DNA of 64,000 bases from the human T2T-CHM13v2.0 reference genome, Homo sapiens. How positions within the stretch are numbered: position 1 is the stretch's first letter; every line of letters begins with the position of its first letter. The stretch lies in the NCBI RefSeq assembly GCF_009914755.1, contig NC_060931.1, one strand, 5' to 3'. The position numbers were made by a program, and so were the translations under genes. Under the pieces are notes generated by a model. The model did not search any database, was not told the DNA's origin, and was given only the letters and a program-made list of their open reading frames with translations. Of this stretch, positions 36,381 through 53,569 are shown one piece after another.

Positions 36381-37152
36381 CACTTACCCATTTAAATGCT
36401 TATGGACTGTGACTATTTTGAAAAGAGTGCAACACTCTTTCGAAAGTTACTCACCCCATTCCGAATCTGTCACCTTTGGTGGTCAGCATGCTTAGATGAA
36501 CAGCGCTTCACACAAGGAGTGTAAAGGAGGCTCTATAACTCTTGGAGTGACACCTTTTTGTGAAACTGTCCTTTCTCCTATCATCTTCCATCTGAGTGAG
36601 TTCCTGTTTTTACTGACCTGTAATAGCATCTGCTCTTCTCTTGTGGCAGCAACAGCACACTTCCATCTTCACATATGTCAAGGTTCTTGCACGTGGTACC
36701 CAGTAGTCTGATTAGACTGTCTTATCTCTTCGTGGGCCAGATACCCACCTTCATCATCCTCTGTTCTCCTAGTATATAAACAGGCCTGTGATGAGTGAAT
36801 ATTTCTTAGGAGGTCCTTGGTTTCGTTGGGTTTACTTCTGTCAGCATTAGCCATCATCAAGTCTTGTTCCTGCCCACATATGTGCTGGCAGGTATTCACA
36901 TACACATGTGGGAATCCCATCTTGATTTTTTCTGCTCATAATTCTGGATCACAGTTCTCTACAACTGGATGAGATACACTGATATATTCAAGAAGCCATA
37001 TGCGGTATGAATGCAGTGTACAGTAAATCTGAAAGACAAGGGTAGTGGGGGTGGAAAGTAAAGCTACACAGTAATTTGGTGGTCAGAAACAAATGGCCCA
37101 TGCCCACAAGATCACCTTCTTGGATAGATGCCTTGTTAAAATACTAATTGAT

Positions 37153-37290
37153 GCCAGGAGTGTTGGCTCACACCTGTAATCCCAGCACTTTGGGAGGCTG
37201 GGGTGGGAGGATTGCTTGAGGCCAGGAGTTCAAGGCTGCAGTGAGCCATGGTCATATCGCTGCACTCCAGCCTAGGTGACAGAGTGAGAC
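37153..37290 (+). mobile_element. Alu monomer (FRAM/FLAM or recombined arms)
   Basis: Left-arm start joined to a right-arm end. Confidence 0.85.
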
Positions 37291-38011
37291 CCTACCTAAG
37301 AGAAAAAAAGGAAAATACAAATTGATACCCAAGATAGCGATATGGTGAGAAGCCCACTAAAAATACTTCTAATACTGCCTGAGAAACTAAAGGAGTTCAT
37401 CATCAGTTCACTAAAGAATTTTGTTTGAATTCTTGACTTCAGTAAATTGATGATGAAAGAATATGAATAAACTTAAAAAATCTAAAGCCTGTGAGAACAT
37501 TTTGTAACACAAAACAATAAAGTCGTAAGAGTTTAAAGGTGGATCTAATTATTTCTTACTTGAAACACATAGAAAAGTTGGAAGACAATTTTTACAAATT
37601 CTCAATAAGATAGAGGAGGGCTTTATACCTATTAATCATAAACAGGGTGGCAGGTAATAAGCAAGTGGAATAAAACTGTTAGAAAACATGACACGTACTA
37701 TTTGTTTGTTGTTAATTTCCACTGAAGAGCAAATTAACACTGAAAGATATAAAGAGATAAACTCAAGAAATACTGCTGAAGGAAAATGAGAAAAGATGAC
37801 CTGCCAGGGTTGTAAGACATAAAGATATAATCTATGAAAAACATAATTTCCCAAAGAAAAGGAGAAAAAAAACCCCACAGATTAAAAGAGGAAAACAATC
37901 TATCCCTTGATTTTCACTTTTCTCTTGGTACTTTCTCAATAGAGTAAACCAAATGTGAACCAGACTTCCTTCTTCCTTCTTGATGGTTAACTTCCTTGGG
38001 ATGCACACTGA

Positions 38012-38570
38012 ACTAAGTTAAGATAGGATAAGCTATGCTACAGTAACAACTTAGTCCTGAACTTTCAGTTGCCTCACACACAAAACTTATGTCTCATACC
38101 TGTAAAATCCAGTGAGAGTTGAATGACTCTCTAGAGCAGTTTCCTTCCAGGTGGTGACTCAGGGATCCAATCTGCATCCCACTTACATGACATAGGGAGC
38201 CCATATTCTGTTTTCCCCAGGAAAGTTCTGAATTATTCCTGTTGAGCTGACATAATGATCACTAATACCTCTTTTTACTCTCAGAAACGTGCATGTGAGT
38301 ACATAAATCATATAGTCATCTGAGAGTTTCACCCCCTGAATCTGGCTTTCAGGTCACTGCAGCAGGAAAGAAAGAATGGAGACTCATGGGCCAGTTTTGT
38401 TCTGAAATGCTTTGATCCTGGAGTGATGGATACTGTTTCCCACTTGCCACTCATGCAGTTGCTGGCTCCATCCATCTACCAGGGGTTGGGGGAGGGGGAA
38501 GGGACAGGACTTGGGTTGGGATGGAGGTGTCACGTGGACAGTCAGTGAGCAGTAAATGTCAGGATCACAA
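38012..38570. mobile_element. Old MLT1 (K/J-like) LTR relic
   Basis: taagttaagataggataagctatgctacagtaacaac..gtgactcagggatcca. Confidence 0.5.
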
Positions 38571-38899
38571 TAACCTTAGTAAAAACCAAAATAAAATGAA
38601 AAGTGTTACACAAATACAAGTAGTATCAACATAATGAAATTCTCAAGTACCATCATATAATTTTGAGCTCTGCTATTGTAACAGCAAAGGGAGACCTGAA
38701 TTGTGCTTGGTTTCCTCCACTGTCTGGCCAGGTTCATAGCAAACACCATCTCATTTTTTATCCCAGCATTTGAGGAGTAGTCAGGTACCAGTGGAGAGCT
38801 GAAAGTGGAGGACTGGGGTCATAGAAGACCCTTTGTGAGTAGTGAGGGCTTGAAGAAGAGACCGAAAAACCAGCAACTGGAGATGAACTGGGAATCCTT

Positions 38900-39208
38900 T
38901 ATTATTAATAATTATTATTATTAGAAATGGGGTCTTGCTCTGTCACCTAGGCTGGAGTGCACTGGTGCAATCATAGCTCACTGCAGCCATGAGCTCCTAG
39001 GCTCAAGTGTTCCTCCCACCTCAGCCTCCCAAGTAGCTGGGGACTATAGGTGCTTACCACCACTCCCAGCTAATTTTTTTTTTTTTTTTGTAGCGATGGG
39101 GTCCTGTTTTGTTGCCCAGACTCATCTCAAACTCCTGGGCTCAAGTGATCCTCCCATTACAGCCTCCCAAAGTACTGGGATTCCAGGTGTGAGCCATTGC
39201 ACCCAGCC
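38900..39208 (-). mobile_element. AluJ
   Basis: Antisense dimer with a (TAT)n tail. Confidence 0.88.
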
Positions 39209-39654
39209 ATCTTTTACTCTTCCTGATCAAAGCCATTCTAGCATGCTCTGCCTGTCTAAGTCTTCTCACTCAGGATCCACATCACAGCCTTGATGTCTAT
39301 ACCAAAGGATGTGCCTTTTATCTATTTCCCCGGCATTGGTTCGTTTATTCTGAATCTTTTGTCTGGACTTGTCTGTGTGGATTATGGATTCAGAATGAGT
39401 GAGCATTTGAGAGGGAGTCGGGTACCATAGACCTGAAAGATGAGGACTGAGGTCACCAACGTTCCTTTTTGTAAGCCGTGAAGGCTTGAAGAAGAGGCCA
39501 AAGAACCAGCCACTGTGGAGGTGAAGAAAGAAAGCAAGTTCAATGCATCAGGCGAATGGGAGTTGCAACAAGAAAGTAGACATTGTTGTTCCACCATTCT
39601 TAACTCACAGCAAACTGAGAAAACAGAGAGAGAGAAAGAGAGAAATAATTTTTT

Positions 39655-39990
39655 TCATTTTTATTATTTAAAATTTGTTTATGGGTACATAGTAGGTGTA
39701 TATATTTATGGGGTACATGAGATGCTTTGATACGGGCATGCAATGCATAAAAATCACATTATGGAGAATAGGATATCCACCCCCTCGAGCATTTATCCTT
39801 TGAATTACAGACAATCCAATTACATTCTTCAAGTTATTTTAATGTATACTATATGTATATAGTGTGACTATATACTATGTACATAATATGAGTATATGGT
39901 GTCACCATATAGTCAATAATAACTTAATTATTACTAAGTTATTATTAATAACTATCTAATTGTGCTATTAGTAGGTTTTATTCATTCTTA
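39655..39990 (-). mobile_element. L1MA 3' end with an internal palindromic rearrangement
   Basis: gggtacatagtaggtgtatatatttatggggtacatgagatg..catttatcctttg..acaatccaatta. Confidence 0.82.
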
Positions 39991-40336
39991 AGAGAAAGAA
40001 TTTATATAGCTGATGTGAAAAGTATAATTAGGCTCAATCGATAAATATTTATTCATCAATTATATGATGAGTGAATGAACACATATAATTAATAGACATT
40101 TTTTAGAACTTTAATACCTCCCAAAAAGAGAATGTAATGTCTTTTTAACTGTGTCCATGAATCAGTCACAAAAATTGATCTACTAAGCTGCAAAATTTTC
40201 ATAGACCTTAAAAAGTAGAAAATTTACAGACCTTATTCTCCGATCACAATATAATAAAATCAAAAATTGATAATATAGAATTAAATAAAAAGACCCCTGA
40301 TGGAAAGATATCCTAGCCATTAAAATGGTCCTAAAT

Positions 40337-41242
<906 letters not shown>

Positions 41243-43826
41243 TTATCTCGCAGCAAAACCTACTCTCTACTCCAGTGCCTTCTTTCCCCGAGACCATTAT
41301 TCCTCCCCACCATGGGATCTTCCAGCTGTCTCTTCTTGCTAAGGCAGATAGAGTCCTGTTGTTCCCTCATGAGAAACATTGGTTATATCCCTCTACTGTC
41401 TGATTGAAATCTGTCCTCTGGGGTGGGCACTCAAGGCCCATTCCACGTGGACCCCATCCAACTCACTGGATTTTAAGATCCAGCCCAGTGTTAGCTGACT
41501 TTTAGTTACCAGTCATCATTCCCTCCATCCTGGGACTCTTCCTCTGCTTATATTTGATTTGACCCTGTGATATCACAGAGAAACAAATATCAGTTGCTTT
41601 GTCTTCTTCCCAATAGCTTATACGCTTCTGTGCCCTGACCCACTTCCTTTAGGAATCTCTCTGCTCCTCCTCTTCCTCACTGTGCCCCTGCAGAAGGTCT
41701 GGAGCACACAAATCCAAGATAAATGTTTCCTTGATGACAAAGAACTCTTGTCACGGTCTAGAGCAGTCATACATCCAAAAAAAATACGCACTTGCATGGT
41801 GGCATGCACACATTAAACTCCTAGGAAAATGGAGAAATTATGTATTATCTAGTGCCATGAAAATGCTAAAGGAATTTGGACAAAGCGGAAGACCATGGTG
41901 TAGAATAACCTCGGATGCCCTGATGTTGCAAAATGGAAAGCATTGTGTCAGTAAAGGGATGGATGGAGGAAAATGACCTCAAGCAGAGAGAGAAAGTGAG
42001 TATTGGGAGTGTGTGGTACAGCTTAGGGGCCGCCTTATCTGGAGAGGAAAATCTCCAATGAGAAGCACAGGAGATGAGCTTGGATGATCCACACACTTAC
42101 CACCCAGCCACAATTTGGGTGCAAGTTGGTGCCATCTCTTGGTTGAAGCAATCGGCATCATTCAGGCCAAAATAGATGTCTTTGTTCTTTTTGTTCTTGG
42201 AAACCCTGCTCAGTTTGTATTGACAATGTACATTAAATTCAAATGGAATGTTCCCCCAGTGCAGAAGATTTTTTCAAACTTAGACTATGAGAGCAAAGGA
42301 ATTTGAGGTCACACTTGAGTTAGTGTGAGTAGGAGAAACAGGACATTGACCCGAATGCTTTGGATTTTTTGTTTGCATTTGGATTCTATGCCTTTGGATT
42401 TTCATCCCACATTGCACTGTGGCTAACTCTAGCACAACCACATACCCCATCTGAAGAATTGGGCATATGGAAATAGACCTTTAGACACTAAATATTTGTC
42501 ATTTTATATTGTGCATAATTACTCTGCCTGCATTGCAACGTGGACCACCAGCATCCAGCTCCACGCTCTTCGTGCATTGGGTCGAAATTAGTTAAAGGAA
42601 TGCGTAAAGAAGAGGTTGTGTTCAGCAAGCCATGGTGCTAATATTCTGATTAAGTGTGAGCTTTTTGGCACACAGCGTAGATGAGATGTGCTGTTGTATT
42701 AATAGGCTGTAAATTATAAATAATTGCTTGATAGGATGAGAACCTGAAGCGATGGGTTTCTTTACAGAATGCTGATTATTCCCTCAGTAACAAAAGACAA
42801 GGGAACCGATTCCTGCAATTGTTTCCCTTTGGAAAGGAAAGGACATTTTGGTCTGTCATGTTGATGGAAAACACTAGAAATTTCCTTTGTGATTATTTTG
42901 TTCCCTTTCATCCAAGCTCCTAGTTTATTCGCACACATGCAGACATAAACTGGGCAGGGTGAAAATTCCCTGCATGAACCATTCGGTTTTCGGTTTGCCA
43001 GTCCCCATCAATGACAAGTATTTCTTTATCTGGTCAGAAAATGGAAATTCTGTTTTCTGAGCCAGCCAAGATACCAGGTACAAACAGAGCTTCCCCCTGG
43101 GGATTCACAGCCTGAAGGTGGTTAACGGCCCCCCTCTCGCCTATCACCAGACTCCAGTAGACGTTTCTGATGCGGGGAGGCTAGTTCTGAATCCAAGCCA
43201 ACACTGGTTGTTGGTTCCAATTAAAAAGCAATTGCATTCCCAGCAGTTCAGGGCTGCAGCCAAAAATACAGCATGTTCAGAAAAGCATGATCTTTTTTGA
43301 GAGGCGGTTACTCCATCAAGGGATAGATGCTGCCAGGGAGAGCTAATGATGGTACATTCGTATGTGATAAAAATTTAAAAGTTCAAAGAAGAAAGCAAAA
43401 GGTAGATGATTTACTTTGAAGTTATTTGTAGATGGCAATGAGGATTTTCTGTTGGTCTCTTTTTCCCCCAGCATTAATCAGCCCATTTATTAGAAGACAA
43501 ACAGGAATTGACCGTTTGTCAGACAGCAAAGAAACAGAGCAATCACATTAAGGAAATCAAAGGCGAGAATGTCAAAAGGTCAGCATTAAGCAGCCCTGGG
43601 AAGCAGTGTCACTCTGCAGACGTTTCAGCCAAATCCTTCTTTCCATGAGTAGCCTCTGCTTTTTGGGAGGACCAATGAGCATAGAGAGCTTGGAGGGACT
43701 TTCCAGTTCATTGCATTCTGTCTCCTCTGCTGGTCAGAGGCTTATGTCTGGGTATTTTTAGCAACCTCCCTCTGTCTTTGTTGGCTCCAGAACACATAAT
43801 TTCAGAAAAATCAGGTATAAAATCTC

Positions 43827-44102
43827 AATCCCAGCACTTTGGGAGGCTGAGGCAAGAGGATTACTTGAGCCCAGGAGTTCGAGACCAGCTTGGGAAACAT
43901 AGCGAGACCCCATCTCTATGATTTTTTTTTTTTTTTTTTTTAGTTAGCTGGACATGGTGATGCACACCTGTAGTCCCAGCTGAGGCAAAAGGATCACTTG
44001 AGCCCAGGATTTCAAGGCTGCAGTGAGCTATGATCGAGTCACTACATTGCAGCCTGGGTGACAGAGTGAGACCCTGTCTCTTTAAAACAAACACACAAAA
44101 AA
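43827..44102 (+). mobile_element. AluJ whose linker is T20 instead of A-rich
   Basis: Sense arms on both sides of T(43922-43941). Confidence 0.85.
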
Positions 44103-44347
44103 CTCTTAACATGGAGAGTCAAGAACTCTGATTTGTTTCAGATCTGGATCACTCACTACAAGACCTATTACTTTTTATTTTAGTCCTCATAGTGCAGGAT
44201 TTTATGATAAAACTGTTTAGACTTGTCACCAACAAAGTTAGTATTTCAAAACAAAACAAAAGCCCTAATCCCCCAAACTTTTGTGATCACATTAAGTTGG
44301 ATCAACCCAAATTTTCCTTCTGGAGAGAGCCAAGAAGTCATAGGGAG

Positions 44348-45105
44348 CAGGTTGGGTATCTCTAATCCAAAAAATCTGAAATCCAAAATGCTCCAAAATC
44401 TGAAACTTTTTGAGCACAGATATGACTCAAAGAAATGCTCTTTGGAACATTTTGGATTTCAGATTTCCAAATTATGGATGCTCAGCCTGTTAAATACAGT
44501 GCAAATATCCCCAAATTTGAAAAGATCCAAAATCTGAAATACTTCTGAGGAGTTGCAGATCAGCCTAGGTAACATAGCAAGATCTCATCTCTACAAAAAA
44601 TTAGCCAAGCATATTGGTGCATGCCTGTGGTTCCAGCCACTCAAGAGGCTGAGATGGAAGATTGCTTGAGCCCAGGAGTTCAAAGCTGCAACGAGCAGTG
44701 ATCACACTGTTGCACTCCAGCCTGGTGACAGAGTGAGACCTTTTCTCAAAAAAAGAAAGGAAGGGAGGGTAGGACAAAGAGACAGAGAGGAAGAAAGGAA
44801 GGAAGGATGGAAGGAAGGGAGGGAGGGATGAAAGAGAAAGGAAAAAAAGAAACAGAAAGAAAAAGAAGTGGAGAGAGCGAAAGAAACAGAAAGAGAAAGA
44901 AACAGAGAAAGAGAAACAGAGAAAGAGAAAAAAGTAATAGAGAAAGAGAGAGAATGAAAGAAACAAAGAGGAGAGAGAAAGAAACAGAAAAACAAAGAAA
45001 CAGGGAGGGAAGGGAGGGAGGGAGGGAGGGAGGGAGGAAGGGAGGGAAATAAGCAAAAAAAACCACTTCTGGTCTCAAGCACTTCGAATAAGGGATACTC
45101 AGCCC
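44348..45105. mobile_element. Tigger4a (MER46/Zombi) split by a 5'-truncated AluJ (44548-44755) and its expanded purine-rich tail (to about 45062)
   Basis: caggttgggtatctctaatcc..aaatgctccaaaatctgaaactttttgagc..; resumes at acttctggtctcaagca..taagggatactcagcc. TSD ACTTCTG. Confidence 0.85.
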
Positions 45106-45551
45106 ATGATGTCCAGCCTCACATTTCTAGTGCTCCTCAAGAAGGACATGGATTACTGTTTGTTGCCAAGGTGGCTTGTTTCAAGACCAGCGTGATTGGC
45201 AAGAATCTTCCAGCACCACTGTGGCAGCTTTTGGTGGAAGGAATATAGCCCTGACTGGGAGGCTGCTGGGGAGATGACAAGGCCAGCGCTTCAGCACATA
45301 GCCTGCAGAGGCCCCATTGCCAGTGCCTAATGTAACTGAACAGGCCATTTGTCATATTTAATTTTAGCTGCAGTGGCTCAATTGGGACTTTATCCAGACT
45401 GGCTTCCACTCTGCTAGCCTGCTGTGCTCCCCTTGTCCCAGGCTGAGTCACTTATGTCCCTGGCCCTCCATCTGCCAGCGAGACCTCCGAGTCACTGATA
45501 CTGAGATCATGGGCCCCAGATGTGGCTTTTCCAGCCTGTGCGGTAAATTAA

Positions 45552-45905
<354 letters not shown>

Positions 45906-46550
45906 TCAAAGTGCTTTCTTACTTTTTACTCTGCATCAACCTCTTTTCTCTCCAAGGAACTCTGAATGAATGAGACCATGAGAAGAGGCTTAGCCTCCAC
46001 TCGGCTTGACAGGAGGAAAGGAAGGAGCTTTCCCCTGAGGATAGCAGGGGAGGAGGTGTCGTCTTGCCCACCTCTGTCCAGGGCAGGTGTAGCACAAGGC
46101 AGCAGGAAAAGCCCAGAATTTGGATTCAGAAACCTCGATCCCAGTTTTGAATGTGGTTCTTAGTTGGGCGAGACTGAGTGTCTGTAAGATTGAACCAATG
46201 TGCCTATAGACGAGCTCCCAGTTGGGTGGGATGGGAGGGCACTCTTAGATCATCAGAGAGTGGGGCTTTGTCAGTGGTGAAGATCAGAATGCGCCTGGCA
46301 GGTGGTCAAGACTGGGGCTCTTACTAGAATCTAGTCTGTTCGAGTACCCTAGGGTGGGCGATTCACAGTAGTGTCTGAAGCTGAACTTGAAGACAAGTAA
46401 ATTCCAGATTCTTTCCCCCCCGTCCTCTCAGAGACTTGATTGCTTCTCTTGTCCTCACTCGCTCCTCAACCTCACCTTTTGTTGGCTCTTTTTTACCATA
46501 TGAACTGGCCAGTCTTCTTCCTTTCCAGCTGTGTGCTTCTCTCCTGGAAA

Positions 46551-47312
46551 TATTTTTTTATTATTATTTTTATTATTTATTTAGTAAATATCATTAATTA
46601 TATACTAATATATAACTAATAACTAATATATAAATATTTGATATGTTAATACATTATATGTAATATAAATATATAATAATTACATATAACTATATAATCT
46701 GATATTCTGGATATTAGGCCTTTATTGGATGTACAGTTTATATATTTTATATTTATATGTAATATAAATATATAATGTATAATTATAATCATAACATGTA
46801 ATATAATACATTATAATATATAATATATTGTGATTGATGTAGTATATAATATATAATTACAATTTGTTTACATTATATATTATATTTATGTTATATATTA
46901 TGTGTTAATATGTAACTAATATATTAGTGTATACATTAGTTAATTATATAATCATATTATATATTATAATTATGTATTGCATATTATATTATAAAAGTAT
47001 ACATTATATAATTAAGAATATATAATTCTTATAAGAATCATATTAAGAATATATAATTCTTATAAGAATCATATTAAGAATAAATAATTATTATATCATA
47101 TGGTTAATAATTAACTAATTTATATATGAATATATTAGTTCTATATTAATATATAAATATATTAATTACACTTTAAATACTATTAACTATATGAATATAT
47201 AAATATATTAATTATGCCACATATAATTTTATTATATATGTGATTATGTATCAGTTATATACTTAATTATATAGTAAATATTATTTATACAATATTATTT
47301 ATTTACTTATTC
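46551..47312. repeat. AT-rich low-complexity island (interrupted TA/TAA) containing a 31-bp tandem repeat at 47011-47082
   Basis: About 760 bp that is almost all A/T; ATTAAGAATATATAATTCTTATAAGAATCAT x2.3. Confidence 0.93.
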
Positions 47313-47319
47313 ATTTGCA

Positions 47320-50548
<3,229 letters not shown>

Positions 50549-50645
50549 GAGCCCAAGAGTTTGAGGTTACCATGAGCTATGATCATGCCACTGCACTCCA
50601 GCCTGGGTGACAGAGCAAGACCCTGTTTCTAATAAATTAAAAAAT
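50549..50645 (+). mobile_element. Alu 3' fragment (J/FRAM) fused to the truncated 5' end of the L1
   Basis: gagcccaagagtttgagg..cactgcactccagcctgggtgacagagcaagaccctg. Confidence 0.8.
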
Positions 50646-51613
50646 TACAGTCACAAAAACTGTTTTAAAAATAAAAGTTTTTGAAACCATTCTTGTCACT
50701 CAGAGAGTAATTTTTAAATAAATTGGAATTAACAAAAAAAGGCACAAAACCTTTATTTAATTGATGCATAACGGATATACATAGTTTTGGGGTTGATGTG
50801 ATCATTTAATGTATTCGTGTAATTTTCAAAGATCAAGTCAGTGTACGTGGGATATCTGTCACCTTAAATATTTGCCTTTTCTTTATGCACCAAATCTTTT
50901 TGACAGAAAAGGAATAATTGTCAGAAGCATAAAGCCTTGTCAGTGTCAAGTTTCTGCTGACCTCTTCAGCTATTCTGGTTGTCATTTTTTTTTCTGGCAT
51001 CAATAAGCATTTTTTCCCTTTGGATAAATATCAAGTTTATTCTGATTCTCAATTCACATTGGCTTGCAAATTCAGATGACACTGAAGACCAAATTACTGC
51101 CTGTGGGACAATGGACTTTGTTTAGTTGCTAATAGGGGATTTAGTAAATAGCCCAAGAGACAGGATATGGGTCTGAGATTACACTTAGTTGCATTTTTTA
51201 AAAACTATGTTAATTATAGGCTTAAGTCATGTATTCAAATGCAGATATAAGAAATACAGCATTCCCATATTTTAATTGGATCCTTAGGTAAAGAGAGTTT
51301 TAGCCACTCAGCTATTAATCCAGCCTGAACAACTCTGCTATAAACGCACTTTTTTCTGAGCGCCTTTTTTTTTTCTCCCTTGCCTTACATCATGCTCTGT
51401 GGCCTCCTGAACTTTTCCTTTTCTTCTCAGTATACATGAAATACTTATAGCTACTTCATTAGCTTTCTTCTGTCTTGGATCACAAGCTCTCTAAGAAGAG
51501 CATCTATGTCGATTTTATTCATCAGTGTATCACCTGACCTGCCTAGCATGGTGCCCGGTATGACACTTAACCTTAAAGAAATATTTGTAGGAAGGATGGC
51601 TGAATAGGCGGGT

Positions 51614-51756
51614 GGATGGATGGATGAATGGATGAATGGATGGATTGATGGATAGATGGATGGATGGATGGATGGATGGATGGATGGATGGATGGATTGA
51701 TGGATAGATGGATGGATGGATGGATGGATGGATGGATGGATGGATGGATGGATGGA
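51614..51756. repeat. (GGAT)n tetranucleotide array at the end of an L2-like relic
   Basis: Direct reading; preceded by gcctagcatggtgcccggta..aaatatttgt (L2 tail). Confidence 0.93.
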
Positions 51757-53304
51757 CAGACAATGGATAAAAATAATAATTTTTTCTTTCTTCTATTTTT
51801 GACAACTGTGATAAGATCATAACATCCTAGGCTAGATGGATGGATGGACAACAGATAAAAATATTTTTTTCTTCTGTTTTTGACAACCGTGATAAAATTA
51901 TAACATTCTAGGGTAGAAATGGAACCCTATTTGATGCACCCTTTAATTCTTCATCGAAGGGTTCCCTTGGCCTCTCTTCCAGATTGGTCACATACTGTGT
52001 CACTAAGAAAGGGCTCTTGCCCTCCTCCCTTAGAAGAGTAAACTAACTTTCTTTTGATCATGGACCCTGGGGTTCAATTTTTTTCATTTGTCACCAACAA
52101 AGAGAATATCATTCCTGCATGGATATCTTGGCAGCTGCTTGATTTTCCCTCCTTGGAGAGGAGAGACCAGTAAACCTTACACCATAATCTACCCAACTCC
52201 TTTGCTGTGAGAGACTTTCCAACTTTTGGTACTTTGGAATGGTGGCCCTGCAACCGAAGAGGTCAGTGGGCAGGACCACAGGCTGCATAGCTTTGGAGCA
52301 CACCTCACAGGGGAACAGGGACCCAGCACAAAATCTGCGGGAATGGAACTCCTAGAATGGGCAACATGGCGGCTCTGCCATTGGGCTGGTAGAAGGCCTG
52401 TTCTGCAGGCTACCAATATGAGAGTGCCCCATTGTATCAATCAAATGTTCTAGGCATTCTTCTGGGGCTTTCCTCACATAGAAAATGAAATCATACTCTT
52501 CCAAGTGTTAAGTGCATCAATTCAAACACTGGACACAGAAGCCTTTAAGACTTACTCGATGAAAGCAGCTGGAATCCTGAGTCTTCAAAGATATCTTCTT
52601 GTCTCTAGGATGAGTGGCCTGACCTGCAAGCCCTCTGGGTGTCTGTCTTCACTCTCACTGGTGTCTCTCTCGGCTTCTGCTGGCTTTAATCTTGAATGCA
52701 TCAACTGTCTTGGACTCCTACCTTGCCCATGACAACATGAAGTTTCTCTTTATGTCACTTTAGGATCTGACACTTCCAGGACACAACAGCTCTCATGAGT
52801 TGACCTGACTCTTTCTGGATTGATCTCTGTCACTCCTGTTTGTAGGCTGAGAGACTGCTCTTCTGGTCTGGTTAGAGATGGGAAGAGGTGGAAGGACTGG
52901 GAAGACCACAGGCTCTTCAGACAATCCTCCATAAATACAGATTCTCCCAGGCGAGTTCTAAGGCACTATAGGTAGCAGGAAGTTGGCAATAGTGCTCTTG
53001 GTAATGTTTAGAATGTCTCTTACAAAACCCTGTGCTGGACTTTGAGGGATTCCCATGGGGATGAATCAAGATCTTTAAGCCCAGACTTTCCTCACTGACC
53101 CTGCCTTTTCCCTTCTCACCATCCCCTCTGGACTCCATCTTATGCTCTTCAAGTTGTCAAGTTGTTTCCTCTGAATGACTGTGGTATTTGGCCTACATCA
53201 CAATTCACCTGCCACTTGCCATCTCCTGGGTCTGAACCTTATCCCCGCTTTCAGACTATGAGCTCCTAAGTTCCCTGAGAGAGGATATCATATTCTCTCT
53301 GTTT

Positions 53305-53525
53305 GCGTAGCAGTGAAAATCATCAAACTTCCTGAATGCAAACCCTGTCTCTGTGGTTTACTAGTTGTGTGGCATTAGGCAAGTTACTTAATCTCTCTGT
53401 GCCTCCTTTTCCTCATCAGAAAATGAGAAGAAGAATCATATCTGCTTTCCAGGGTTTTTGTGAGGTTTAAATAAATAAATACATGCAAATGACTAAAACA
53501 GTGCCTGGCTTGGAGGAAGCCTTCG
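53305..53525 (+). mobile_element. MIR
   Basis: ggcaagttacttaatctctctgtgcctccttttcctcatc..gtgaggtttaaataa..aacagtgcctggc. Confidence 0.85.
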
Positions 53526-53569
53526 TACGTGTAAGCGCTTGTTTCTGCTCTCGGTGGTAGTTTTTTTTC

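Noticed and set aside
44601-45082. Phe/Ser/Leu-rich and Arg/Glu/Lys-rich ORFs that look like membrane or charged proteins
   Set aside because: They are translations of the purine/pyrimidine simple repeat; the same applies to ORFs over the GATA and GGAT arrays.
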